From the NCBI RefSeq assembly GCF_026210795.1, contig NC_089432.1, positions 1,488,001 to 1,552,000 of the forward strand: a stretch of DNA of 64,000 bases. Reading direction: 5' to 3'. The translations under genes and the position numbers were made by a program. Positions 1 to 12,795 of the stretch are shown here, piece after piece. Source of the DNA: Rhizophagus irregularis. Taxonomy: Eukaryota. Numbering within the stretch: position 1 is the first letter of the stretch; each line of letters opens with the position of its first letter. The notes under the pieces are model-generated. The model was not told the DNA's origin, did not search any database, and saw nothing but the letters and a program-made list of their open reading frames with translations.

Positions 1-109
1 TTTTTTTTATGTTAAAAAAATAGATACTTATAATGGTAATTTAATAGAGTTTAACTCCACTTTATGATCTTAGTATTGAGAAAGATATTATTTAACAAAA
101 ATATCAACT

Positions 110-334
110 GTGAAATGTTTAATATGCTATGATTACTATATTTGGAATGGTCCGTTTCGTGATGTTTGTAAGCACAATCATATAGCAAAAATTTATCAAC
201 AAACACAAATAAATAATTTATTATATCAACAAGTAAAAGCTGATTTAGTAAATTATTTAAAAATAAGCATAGAGAAAGTATTTCTGACAGAAAAGAAAAA
301 TGAATTAATTAATTTACAATGGTCAGTGATATAG
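110..334 (+). pseudogene. Possible SWIM zinc-finger remnant of a MULE-type transposase
   Basis: Translation C-LI-C-YDYYIWNGPFRDV-C-K-H resembles the SWIM CxC...CxH motif; flanking frames are broken by stops. Confidence 0.3.
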
Positions 335-1099
335 AAGCAACATTTGAAAAGATCGTAAAAATTGAAATGCGAGGTAAATTCATTAAATTGCTTCTTAATT
401 ATTTGTTAATACTATTATAAAAAGGTGAGCAATTTTCAAGCTAATAGAATACAATCGGATATTAATAAATCCTTTTCGTCCAATTATGCCAAATAATCAT
501 GGAACAACAAGCATTGGAGTACCACCTATACCTACAGCAAAGCCATGAAAACCTTCAAGAATTCTTCAAGCAGTTCAACAAATGCTCAAGAAACAAGCTC
601 ATTTGCATCTAAAAAACGAACTACAAAAAGAAGAATAAGAAAAAATATTCAAACCGCCAAAGTATAATTTAATATTATTTATTCTTAAAACATAATTACT
701 GCTATATTATATTGATTTACTGTAGGAACAAACCAAAGAACAACATATTAGTGAAAATCCTACCGAATATTATCAAAACGAATTTTATGAATTTTATTCT
801 AATATGATAAATTTTCCCAGGCAAGGATTGCAAAATCCTCTTACATTATCATCTTTTACTCTTCAATCTTTACTTCTCGGTCTATTACTCCTTATTCTTA
901 CGCACACTCTACAGACTCTTTTACTAGTATTCATCTTTCACCTTCTAATTACGAATATACTTCTTTATTCATTAGCTGTAAATTCACACTTTTCGTAAAG
1001 AATTCGTTAATTTCACATTTTCCTAATGGACAAGAACAGCAGTTTGCCACTCTTTCAAATAACTATACGCTGAATACATAATTCATTTACAAATGTTAA

Positions 1100-1329
1100 T
1101 ATTGTATCATCCTAAGCACCACCCGATTTTAAGCACCACCTCGACTTTAGAAAAACAAAAATAAGCACCACATTAAATTTTTATATTTATAAATAAGGAG
1201 TAAAGCGCAAAAAAAATTTTCAAAGTATCAAAAAAAAAAATATGAAAAAACTTCCGAATTTAAACACCACCAAACTTAAGTGGAAATTTTCCTTTAAAAA
1301 TGTGGTGATAAAATCGGAAGGATACGATA
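1100..1329. mobile_element. Degenerate MITE (Tc1/pogo-like ends)
   Basis: Left tattgtatcatcc...gattttaagcaccac is an imperfect inverted repeat of right gtggtgataaaatcggaaggatacgata; internal aagcaccac repeats. Confidence 0.45.
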
Positions 1330-1943
1330 ATCCGAATTCAAAGAATAAAGTAAAAGAATCTAATATTTTGTACCTCATAATTCAAAATTCAAAATTTAAA
1401 AACTGCAAATATCAAAAAAATAAACATAGTTTTTATTTTATGAAATAAAATTACATTTTTTTTTGTACAGCATAAAGAAAAACATATTTTGATTCGTTCT
1501 CGTGAAAAAAAAAAAAATTTTTTTATCACATTATAAATGCCAAAAAGGGGGTACATCAACTTGCATGTAGTTGCATATTTTGATGGTGTTGCAACAATGC
1601 AACACGGATACTTGCTTATTAAGATAACGTGCAACGATAGTAGCAAATTAGCATCGATTCATTTATCGAGTGGGATGCTAAAACAAGTCCTTCGGTACAC
1701 TCCGGACTACTATAAAGAGATATGCAAGGAGAGTGTTACACTTCTATTCATATACAGCATGGTTCAATCACTTTTTAATTTTTTCTTTTTTTGGCTCAAA
1801 ATTTTTATTGTTTGTCAAATAGGGGATAAAAAAATCAATTTATGCAGGTTAACAAAAAAATACTAGAAGTGTTTCACCCAGTGAATTCCGAAACCTCTGA
1901 ACCCCTAATTCTTTCTTTCTAAGTTACGTATTTCAAAAATGAT

Positions 1944-2139
1944 TCAGAGTATGAAATGGGCCATCACTATACCTATAATAGCAAAAACTATTATGCTACG
2001 ATTACAAATAATGGTGGGTATTTGAGCATTATCGCTGGCTCCATTAGCTATAATGGTGATATTATTATTGCTATTATTGTTGTTATGATTATTATTGTTG
2101 TTATTATTATTATTATTGTTGTTGTTGTTGTTGTTGTTG

Positions 2140-2225
<86 letters not shown>

Positions 2226-2815
2226 GCCATTATTATTATTATTAGGAAATGGTTGATATGGTTGATATGGTTGATATGGGTCTTTACTTACAAAAATAGT
2301 ACATGTATTCTGAAACTCACAACCGGGTCCATTAGTGCGTATAATAAATTCAAAATTTCCGGTATTTTTAGGTATAAATGTAGCTTTCGGTTGTTCATCC
2401 GTTAATGTTGCATGAACTAATTTTAGAAAAAAAACCCATTTTTTAAAAGAAAAATAATGATGATGGGCTTGATGGCATAACTGACGAGAAAATGTATACC
2501 ATTTTTACTTACAAGAATCAGGTCTTTCGGATTTTGTACAATGATCATATTCATCGAGTATAAACGTCTTAGTGCCTGTTCTTATAAATACTATCTAATA
2601 AAAAAATAATAATATTTATTTATTTAAAGGAATTTGTTGCATGTTGATGATTTAAATGAAATAAAACCTACAGGCTCATTATAATATGCACTAACGAACG
2701 AGGGGTTAAACGTAGAATATAAACCACCTCCAACTTGAACATCTATTGCATTACCATAATTAACCGTGAAAACCAAGATAGCCAAAAAATAAGTAATAAT
2801 ATTTTTTTGAGACAT
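1944..2815 (-). CDS. Secreted, probably GPI-anchored cupredoxin-like protein with poly-Asn linker (3 exons, 232 aa)
   Basis: Exons 2815-2672, 2594-2513, 2416-1944 joined at GT-AG introns give an open frame: signal peptide MSQKNIITYFLAILVFTVNYGNA, IDVQVGGG..TFNPSFVSA..EPIVF (cupredoxin-like N-terminus), (PYQ)3, about 60 Asn-rich codons, hydrophobic tail SIIVFAIIGIVMAHFIL*. Confidence 0.8.
2062..2243. repeat. (ATT/GTT)n trinucleotide microsatellite encoding poly-Asn on the minus strand
   Basis: Visible tract; in register with AAT/AAC codons of the minus-strand exon 3. Confidence 0.95.
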
Positions 2816-4406
2816 TCTTTTTTAAAACAAGAAAGAGTTCGAAAGTATTGTAAATAGATAAATTTAAATAAATGTGCATTATATATTTCGTACTTCATTG
2901 ACGGATGTACTTGTACTTTTATTTTACTATGTAAGGCATATTGGCAAATTTCAATGTAAGTGTGAACTTGTGTAACTTAAATAGTAATTGCTTTATATAT
3001 TTTTTGTCAAACTATAATATACTAATCTTTTTATCGTGATAATTGATATAGGTCGTACCATCAATAGAATACACTGCTTTTACAGAGTTTTACCTTCGAA
3101 ATCTCTTTCTTCACCCACAAATATTACGAGGTCATTATCATTTTTTGCAAATATAGAATCCGTACCAAGAAATCTGACTTACAAATGATTGTCGCGATCG
3201 CCACCTTCCATAGCTTGAACTTGCGTTCGCGGATGTACTACCTTTGATGAGAAAGAATAAAGTGATAGACATAGCGGTTGGTTTGGAAGTCTTTAACCAA
3301 CCCACTCCTATTTATTATCTATTATACTTTTCAACTAGATTTTATGAGTTTAAAATTGTCCCCTGATATAAATAATTAAAAGCTAAATTACATGGCTCAA
3401 TTGTAACTGCGGTTTGACCGGTTAATTTTTTTCCCGATCTGAGTGATACGATCTAGAATTGAACAGGGCTAAAATATTGAAATTGTTATCTTGACTTCAA
3501 TGTTCGTCCTACTCCAATTCAGAAATTTCACAATGTAGATTTATCTCATATTTTCAGAGATATTTATCTTTTATTATTTCGTTTAGTTGACCAATGAAGA
3601 TTTTAGATGTTGGGTAGGTTCATGTTAAATCTTCATAAAAAAAAGGTCGAATTTTCGAATTTTATATATTGAAAAATTTTTAATTTATTATTTGTTCGTT
3701 TTATTTCGTTCTTTGAACTTGTTATTTGATGATGAAAACTTGAATAGACGGAAATCGAAATGTTATTTATAAATTGAAACAAGCAACTTTTCGTTGTAAA
3801 ATTACAAAACAGTCGATTATCTTAAAGTTTGAATTTCGTATTAGTTACTCTTATAATTCACAATCTCGAAGTAAAATTTAAATTATTCATGTATCCATGA
3901 TCTTTTAGTGTTTCAAATATCCTGATATTTAGAGGTTGGAACCGACCAAAAAAAACCTTAACCGATAAAAAATGGGGACGGAATTCTTCCCGCCGATCAT
4001 CTTGTCCATAAATTTCAGGACGGAACAAAAGGCAAAAAGTGCTTAGGAAAAGTTTTTATTTTACGCATTTTACCATGACCAACTGCTTATTCACTCCTTA
4101 ACGAACAGTTTGATGAGTTTTGCCAGGGTTCACTTAGTGTTTTCTAATTTTTCTCGCTCAAAAATGCTATTTCCTTCTGTCAGCCCGCGGTAGCGACCCA
4201 AAAAAGGGGGCCAAATAGGGCAGGTGTTTGCTCCAATAAAGGTTGTTGGGAAGTTACGGCATACTTTCATTGGAAAGTAATCAAAAAATGTAAAACGTAT
4301 TAAGTTTTAAATAAAATTGCCAATTGTGTAACAATATCCATTTTTTTATTGGCTTTTCTTTAAGTGCACACCTTCCCTGAATGCACGTGCATGACTAGGC
4401 CCTAGG

Positions 4407-4626
4407 AACTACCCCAACGGCACCCAGAAAATTCTTCGAACTCGGCCGGCGTTATGCACTGACACATGATCGAAGAATTTAGGATGTGATGAATAAAACG
4501 TGACAAATAGAATTTCATCTACTTGAAAAAATCTAAGTCCCTCAGATAAATATAAACAGTGAAACTTCGGACAGGGTGTGACGATGTAAACAGATCACGT
4601 GATCGAAGAATTTTTCTGGGTGCTCT
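4407..4626. mobile_element. MITE fragment of the AACTACCCC-ended family
   Basis: gcacccagaaaattcttcga / tcgaagaatttttctgggtgc inverted repeat; left end resembles that of the 45872 element; the internal segment recurs inverted at about 48900-48950 and about 7605-7690. Confidence 0.55.
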
Positions 4627-4631
4627 ATCCT

Positions 4632-5349
4632 TAACCTGATCCACCGGTCCAGATGCTTATTCTGGACCAGTCAACTTTTGATTGGCTAATCAGCCCTTTT
4701 ATTACATAACTCCGGCATAATTTATTTTATCTCTTACTCTTCCTATCTTTCACTCTTTCTCTATTCTTTTTTGTGATATGTTAGTACTTAGTATTTCATA
4801 TTTCATTTCAGTTTGTATATTTTAATTTTAATTGTATTTATTGTAGTTTTATGATAATACTAAATGTTTTTTATTTTCTTTTTGAAGAGTTTTATGATAT
4901 ATTGATATTATTCTGGAAATCAAGTGTTTTTTTTTTAAGTTTTGGGGTTAAGCAAAGTTGTTCAAAAAAGGTTGTAAATTACACATTTATAACAAAACTT
5001 TTAATACTATTACTTTGTACTTTTGTTTTGATATTAACGTTAAAATAATTTTAATAATAAAATTACAGTAAAAAATAATGTAAAGACCTTTTTTATAAAG
5101 TTATATATGCAATTTTACTTATTTATTAATAAAGTTTAATAAAATGCATACCAAAATACAAATTTTAAATAACATATTACTTTAAAACGGTAGTATTAAA
5201 TGCTTTAAAAAAAGGCATTTCGTAACTTTTTTTTTAAAAAAAACGCGAATTGTTTTTTTTTCCAAGACAAATGTTACACAAAACAATCTCATCCAATTAG
5301 ATTTGCTGGTCCAGGATAAGCATCTGGACCGTGGCCCAGGCTCGGGTTA
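4632..5349. mobile_element. Non-autonomous TIR element
   Basis: ggtccagatgcttattctggaccag (about 4646-4670) is the near-perfect reverse complement of ctggtccaggataagcatctggacc (about 5306-5330); AT-rich non-coding interior. Confidence 0.65.
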
Positions 5350-6168
5350 TATAGGCGTGCACTTATGGAGGTACGACTGTAATGATATTTATATTACGTA
5401 CTGTATATTAAATATTCTGACCAATGGGCGTAAAACACGAAAGGACCAACCTTTTCCAGGTTAATTAGCTCAATATGCTGATCTTTTCTCCTTCGCCACA
5501 GTTTGCATCTTAATTTGTAACTTCGCTTCCTTCCCGTAATTTTACAAAATCTTGAATAAAATATGTCGATCATTTGCACGTGATAATAATTAGCCACTGT
5601 GATCAATAAAAAATAAATATACTACCCTTAATAATAAGAAATTCCGAATTTGTCTAGTGATTGAAAAAAAAAAATTTCTAATTTAGGTGAAGATTTACCA
5701 GATACAGTAAATTTTAAGTGGTAATAAAAAAATGCGCGATAGTTCTATTTTTAATAAGATTTGCCGTTCATTATATTATCCCATTGTTTGCAGATAAGTA
5801 TTGATAAAATTATTTTGATTGGTGTATTGTTAAAGCGTAAAATATACACAAGTGACACAACATTAATGCGTACCAATTTCACATTAGAAACAATGTTATA
5901 TTGGTTTATTTGTCTCTGTAAAAATGTTGATCCGTGTTTCATATTCCATATTTTTTCCATAAAATGTAGATATTCACGGGATTTATCGTGAATCCACGGA
6001 GCTTTTACAGAGAGATACAGGAGAAAATTTTTATAGGGTGTACAATTTAAAAGGTATAAATATACAAAATGTAAACGACTTTTTATTGTTGTTGTTATTT
6101 CCAACTCTTTTCCTTTCCTCTATTAATTAATTCAATTAATTTGATCTTTTTTTATTATTTTCATCATT

Positions 6169-6834
6169 ATGTGGTTGAATAGAAATTTTCTTTTCATTAC
6201 GACTGGTTTAGTCGTTTTGATGCTTTTTTTCTCGTCATCAGTAGCAACTAATGATCACCATTATAAACACTGCAGCACTGCTATCAGAGCACATCATTAT
6301 ACTAAAACTGTTTACCCCTCACATTGCCCAAAAAGATGCCCTAAAACAACAACTACTACATCTACCACTACTGCAACCTCCGCCACCACCACCACCACCA
6401 CCACAACCACAACCACCACCACCACTACCACTACCACTACTACTAGCACCACTTTTGTCCCTCCTGATAACTTATTAAAAAAGAGGCATCGACAAGATGA
6501 CCATGAAGCCATTAAGTGCGTTCCTGATAAACAGAAACACTATATTCATAGACATGGAAAATGCACAGAAATCAGATATTGTACCCCAACTGTTTATAAA
6601 CCATGCCCCAAAGATAAAACCACAACAAAAACCGTTCTTGCAACCTCTACCTTAATTTCTACCTCCACTTCTACTTCTACTTCCACCTCCACTTCCACCT
6701 CCACTTCCACCTCCACTATATTAATTCCTACATGTATGCCTGATGGTTCTCCATGTACTCTTGATAATTTTATTACGTGCTGCCATCAAAGTTGCTTTTT
6801 TGGAGACAATTTCCCTAATGGAGTATGCTTCTAA
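6169..6834 (+). CDS. Secreted Cys/His/Thr-rich protein with C-terminal knottin (ICK)-like module, 221 aa
   Basis: Single ORF; hydrophobic signal peptide; Thr and Ser/Thr tracts; KKR dibasic site; C-terminal C-x6-C-x7-CC-x3-C-x10-C; TATAAA at about 6055. Confidence 0.85.
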   Translation: MWLNRNFLFITTGLVVLMLFFSSSVATNDHHYKHCSTAIRAHHYTKTVYPSHCPKRCPKTTTTTSTTTATSATTTTTTTTTTTTTTTTTTTTSTTFVPPDNLLKKRHRQDDHEAIKCVPDKQKHYIHRHGKCTEIRYCTPTVYKPCPKDKTTTKTVLATSTLISTSTSTSTSTSTSTSTSTSTILIPTCMPDGSPCTLDNFITCCHQSCFFGDNFPNGVCF

Positions 6835-8052
6835 AATATATTTTTTGTAAAATATCCGGGTTATTTTAGATAGTGACAATTTAATTTTAAAGTAAGGCTG
6901 TATATTTTCTTGTATTCGAGGATACAGGGTAATATATAGTTTTTTTTAATTTTTCTTGTGTAAAGCAATTCACCATAATATGTATATGTCAGAATGAAGC
7001 TCGTAAAACGTGATTCATGCGAATAATAATGGTTATACTGTGGGTGTGTTCACAAATTCAATTAAATTATCGATTTTGTAATTCGTTGTATGTCTTATAT
7101 ACCGTCAGTTTCTCTAATTTTACAAATAAAATTAATAATTGATATCTAACCCATTTATAGTATGTGGCTAGTTATAATTAAATATTTCTTAATTAAAAAA
7201 TTTCTCATTTAACTATTAATATTATATTGAACATATTAAAAGATGGAAGGACAAAAAGAACGATAACGATAAAAGATTACGAACTGTGTTCAGAGTACGA
7301 AGGGAGAAAAAAATTTATAAAGACGTTTAGTGGACTTTTTAAATTTTTCTTAGCTATTTAATGTTATAAATATCGTTTTTTAACAAGAGATATATTACAA
7401 CTATAAATTTAAAATAGCTTCCATTTTATTTTTGTTTTTTTTATAAAGGAAATTGTAGATATTTAATCTAAATTCTTTTTAGAATATACGTTGTATATGT
7501 ACATATTCCATTACTATAAATAAAAAAAATACATAAAGAGAAAATTAACTTTTTAAAATCATCAATGAATCGTCTAGATTGTTATCGAAAAAAAATTTAC
7601 CCAAGAGCACCCCGAAAAATTCTGCGGCATCACACCCTGTCACACCCTCCGCCTTTCCATTTTTATAAGTATTCTGGGGCGTGAAAAACTATTTGTCTCA
7701 TCACACCAAATATTCCACTAAAATAGATTGATCGTATCCTCGATCATCCTGTGTTACATTAAATTTTTTCCCATAAATATTTTAACGTTGAGGCATTTTA
7801 ATGATTGCAAATTTAGTTAATATCAAAATCACCGTACTTGGTAAAGGATCGTACATTGTAAGATATGAATTTCGTACATTAGTACAATTTCGTGCTTTTT
7901 GTATGATAATCATATAATTTTAAAAAAATTTTATATTTAATTATTTAATTTGTAATTCAATAAAATTAAGGCCCTATTTAAGACCATTATTTTTTTTTAA
8001 ATTTTTATTATAAAATCGGATACAGTATAGTACCGTCGTACTGTTCTAATTA

Positions 8053-8515
8053 GGTTTTGGTACGAAATCTCGAAAATCATTTGAGTGATTGACACAAGAC
8101 CGACAACAAAATCTCGACAATCCAATATCTTGACAAGTCAAAATCCTGACAAGTCAAAATCCCCGACAAAATTATAACACATTTAAATTAAATATTACAT
8201 ATTGCAACAAATTATTTTATTAGAACACACATCACAAAATTGTCGATATAATGACTTGTCAAGATTTTGGATTGTCGAGATTATGTTGTCGATCGTGTAA
8301 AACTATAACACGTTTATTATCGGAAACGTCAGAAAAAAAAGTTTATTATTATTATTATATTTTACACGTGAAAAAATACAATGAACCATAAAATTGAACT
8401 GCAAAAGTTGCATTCAGATGAAGAATTATTTTACAGAATCAAAATCTTTGTCAATGACCTTTTTAACTTTTAATGTTAGTCGTGCAAGTGACTGTCGAGA
8501 TTTTGATCGGATACC
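8053..8515. mobile_element. Foldback/MULE-like MITE, copy 1
   Basis: Inverted arrays of aaaatc(c/t)(c/t)gacaa subrepeats; same ends (gttttggtacgaaatct ... gagattttgatcggatacc) as 32918-33227; flanked by tctaatta/tctaattg; about 180 bp extra sequence relative to copy 2. Confidence 0.7.
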
Positions 8516-9895
8516 TCTAATTGGTTCTAATTGTACTAGTAAATTTCCAAATCCTGTCCTTAAGTATTCAATGAAGTTTCCCTTCGACTCACATTTTTTT
8601 GTACATATTTGATATTTCAGTAATTCTTTTTCATATAATTTCTTGTATTTCTTGTGCAATTTTCTAAAAACTCAATCAGTTCAACTGCCTGCAAAAAATA
8701 TATACTTAGAATTATGAATCGTTCTTATGAAAGTGGAGTCCGTAATTATCCTGAAAAAATTATGTAATTGTCATGAAATAATTCGTTTGTAATGGGAATA
8801 ATAAAATTAAAAGAAAAACAGTCAACCACCGGTCGTCCTGCTGTGCTGGATTGCTTGTTATACTTGCACACCGATTTGTGTTTTTATTTTCTTTATTTCA
8901 CAAATGAAAATCTTATTATAATCATCATTTATCAGAATTAAGATGGTTTTTTACTATTTGTTGTTAATCGTAATACATGAATATAAGTTTTATGAATTAT
9001 TTCACCATGTTTTAATGATTATTTTATAAAAAAAAAAATACAATCATTTTTCCTACATTACATATTCGTATGGTCCTAGGCCACCAATTTGGTCAAACTA
9101 TTGTTGTATTAATTGTCTATAGGAAAACCGAATTATTTTGTAATTAAAGTGTACAAGTATGTTTTAATGCACGGTTAAAGTGTATTTTTATATACTTAAA
9201 ATATATTTAATTCGAGATCCGGCTATAAATCAGTGAAAATTACTATGGGCATATGGGCCGATCTAATCATTAATCAATCAACGCACCTGACACACCTCAT
9301 TTGCCCATAGACCGGTCTAGGCCTTTCCTTTTTTGGGATAAAGATACAGTATATGTAGATCACCGACTAAATATATGCCGCACCTGCTACCCTGGGTTGA
9401 TTGATTAGAATTCCAAAAATTGGCGAAATTTTGTACATCATTAATGAAATTCATTTAATTGGCATTTTTGTGGGTAAGGTATCACTGCATCCAGTGCAAC
9501 AAAATGAAAATGTTACGCAGTATTTTATAGCCAGCTTTCGAATGCATTATTAATTTCCCTTCCGATGAAAATTAGAAAATGACTTGTCTTTGTGACAACG
9601 GCAGATTCTTATCATTTACGAATTTTAACTGATCGACATCCGGATCAACGAATTTAAAGAATATTTAAAATTTAAAATATCACTTATATTGTACTTAAAA
9701 ATTTTGGAGAAATTTCGAGTAAATTTTAGATAAATTTCGGTATATCAATTTCGTTGTGATCATTTTATTATAAATATTCCACAATTTTCATGATGGAATT
9801 CGTCAAAAAAAATACATTCGAACAATTCTTATCAATAATTTACAAAAAATTAAAATTAAAATTATAAAAAAGAAAATAAATAATACTATACGAAA

Positions 9896-11454
9896 ATGCA
9901 ACAAGAAAAAGTTCCAACCGTAATTATTGTCGGTGCAGGTCCGGGAGGGCTTACTCTTTATCATTCTTTGATAAAAAACAAAGATAAAAAAGAATTCAAT
10001 GTAAAGATCTTTGAACGAGAATCTGGTCCTAAAGGTAAATAATTTGTATGAAATTCGGAATGTCTTTTATATTCAATATCACGTGACTAACTCAAACTCG
10101 TGTTAAAAAACATTAGATCGATGGCAAGGTTATCATGTAGGATTTAAATCTCAAGGATTTAAATCACTTATGAATTGTATTCCATCCTCAGTCGCTTTAA
10201 ATCTTCCAAAAGCAATTCCAAATCCAGTTCCTGGTGTAGAATACCATGGAACTTCATTTAGTGATCATGAAGGAACTCTTTTACTAAGACCTCCATTTAA
10301 ACAATTTAAAAATATTTATGAAATCGCTGAAATCCCTGATCATTTCCTATCGGGAACTATTGCTTATCGTGATAGACTTAGAGATGTTTTATTAGAAAAT
10401 GTTCCAGTTCAATGGGGTAAAAAGCTTGTTAGATATGAAGAAACTGACGAAGGTGTTTGGGTAAATTTCGATGACGGTTCACGAGAATTTTGTGACATTT
10501 TAGTTGATGCAAGTGGAATTAATTCTCCAAGTAAGAATTCAAGATATAATAAAATAAAATAAAATATTATTTATTTTATTGTTTGACTAATAATTGATAT
10601 GTATTTTTTTTTCTTCAGTTCGAAAACAAAAAATACCAGAATTACAAATTAACGATATTGGAACAACTTATGCTGTTGCAAGTGCTGTCGTACCTAAGCA
10701 TCTAATGGACAGGCTAATTAAAGTTAATGGAAATAGTGTAATTCAAAAATTACTTGGATTAAATGGAGATTCAACATTTATTGGATTACGTTTAATTCCA
10801 ATTGAACAAGAACAAAATTTCAAGAATAAAAACAATTCTGATGAACTTCATTATAGAATCACGATGTTTTATTTTTATTCTAGCGAATTAGATAATGAAG
10901 AAATCGAAAAAATTAATAATAATCCTGCATTGGTTGTTGAACATATTAAAAATATGATTCGAAAATTGAGACCAGAGTGTGAAATGACAAATATTTTATT
11001 AGAATTATGGGATTTAGTTCCTAAAGCAGTTCCAAAAGAATCAGAAGATTTTCCATTTAAAACTTACAATCCAATACAACTAAGAAAAGTAAGAGATATC
11101 AATCTATTAACTATTAATTCGTGGACAAGTAGCCGAGTTACATTAATTGGAGATGCAGCACATGCTATGAGTCCGTATCTAGGATTAGGAACAACACATA
11201 CTATTCAAGATGCTGAAGCTCTTTCTCAAGCATTACTTAACTATTCTCCAGAAAATTATATTTCTTGTATTAAAGAATATGAAAATAAAATGTTAAAACG
11301 AGCAACTGTTGATGTATTAAAATCTAGATATGCTACAATAAAACAAGTTACACCAGTTGGATATTTTGGTCTTATTATTAGAAATAGTATACTAAAAACT
11401 ACAAATTTTTTAATGAAAATTTATGATTCTGTTAAAATTTTAGATTTAGTTTAA
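9896..11454 (+). CDS. FAD-dependent monooxygenase (group A flavoprotein aromatic hydroxylase, FAD_binding_3 type; 3 exons, 462 aa)
   Basis: Exons 9896-10034, 10117-10530, 10619-11454 (GT-AG). Motifs VIIVGAGPGG (GxGxxG), DILVDASG (DG motif region), VTLIGDAAHAMSPYLGLG (GD motif). Confidence 0.92.
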
Positions 11455-11503
11455 ATTTATTAATATTTTACTAGGGGGACTTTTATATATAATTTTAGAT
11501 ATA

Positions 11504-11701
11504 CAGTCAGCCCCCTTTATAGTCACACCCCTTGGGACCGAAAAAAAAGGGTGTGATTATAAAAAAAGTCATATGTTGTGACTATAGAGGAGGTTTTTCT
11601 AATATATTTATTAGTACATTGGGCCAAAATATGGTGTGCTTATAAAGGGGAATTTTATATGTTGTGATTATACAGGGGGTGACTATATAGGGGGTCGACT
11701 G
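11504..11701. mobile_element. Tc1/mariner (pogo-like) MITE, 198 bp, TA target-site duplication
   Basis: TIRs CAGTCAGCCCCCTTTATAGTCAC / GTGACTATATAGGGGGTCGACTG with TA on both sides; the paralogous 3' UTR at about 17900-17920 shows the empty site. Confidence 0.92.
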
Positions 11702-12294
11702 TAGTTAAATTTTGTTATTATTGTATTAGAGGACTTTATATATACAGTAAATATATACTGTAATAAATACATCACGTGATGGTAACGCACCACCAATTTA
11801 CAATTTACAATAAAAAATGTTAAATAAAATCCCCCCGTCTAGAGTTGGTATTTATCTAGCCAGGTTTTTTTCTTTTTTTTACTAGTTAGGACCTGTAGTT
11901 TTTAGGTGAAGTTCAACATTGTTTTTTTGTATACATCGGTAGCTTATAAAATGTTCAATGTAGTGCTCCTAGCTAGCCATAAAATAAATAAAATAAATAT
12001 TAAATAAAATCAATAAATTCTTTAACTAAAATTAATGTCCAATTGTTCCATGTTCAACTTGAATAAGTTTTATTTTCAGAAAATAAATAACAAATGAGCT
12101 CTTCCTAGCAACTCAAAAATCTGTCTCGGTAACCTAACATGTCTGTTAAAGTGAACCTAAGTGAATTTCGGGGTGGTATTTTTAATTAATGTTGATGAAA
12201 TTATCTCTCAGCTAAAAATATTTGGATCTTTTAAAATAATTTATTTAACCTAATTGATATTTTTTTAACTAACGACGAATTTACGTAAATTTTC

Positions 12295-12795
12295 ATTTTA
12301 GTTCGGAAACAAAAATTACCAAAATTGCAAATTATCGATGTTGAAGTAGCAAAGGTATTGTTGTACCTAAAGATTTGGAAGTAGTTTAGTTCAGAGAACA
12401 CCTGGATTAAATGGAGATTCAACATTTATTGCATTACGTTTAATTTCAATTGAACAAGAACAGAATTACAAGAATGAAAACAAATCTGAGTGCTTTATTA
12501 TAGAATTATTTTATCTTAGCGAATTAGATATTGGACACGTAAAAGTTTGATTTGAAATTAAGACCAGAATATGAAATGGCTGATACCTCATTAATAGAAT
12601 AATGGGATTTAGTTCCTAAAAACAGTTCCGCAATCAAATCTTATACGAAGAAAAGTGCGAGACATCTATTAACTCGTGGACAAGTTTTCGAGTTACATAA
12701 TAGAGATGCAGCTCACGCTATAATAGCCTTTATTAGGATTACTAGGAACAACATGTCATTCAAGATGCTGAAATTTTTTCCAAAGCATTACTAAA
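12295..12795 (+). pseudogene. Heavily decayed fragment of monooxygenase exon 3
   Basis: Collinear DNA identity with 10615-11240 (ggattaaatggagattcaacatttatt, tcgtggacaagt, gagatgcagc, attcaagatgctgaa) with many deletions and frameshifts. Confidence 0.85.

Noticed and set aside
1956..2405. Plus-strand poly-Ile/Val ORF (and the 2048-2230 minus ORF)
   Set aside because: Antisense or off-frame shadow of the poly-Asn exon of the spliced minus-strand gene.
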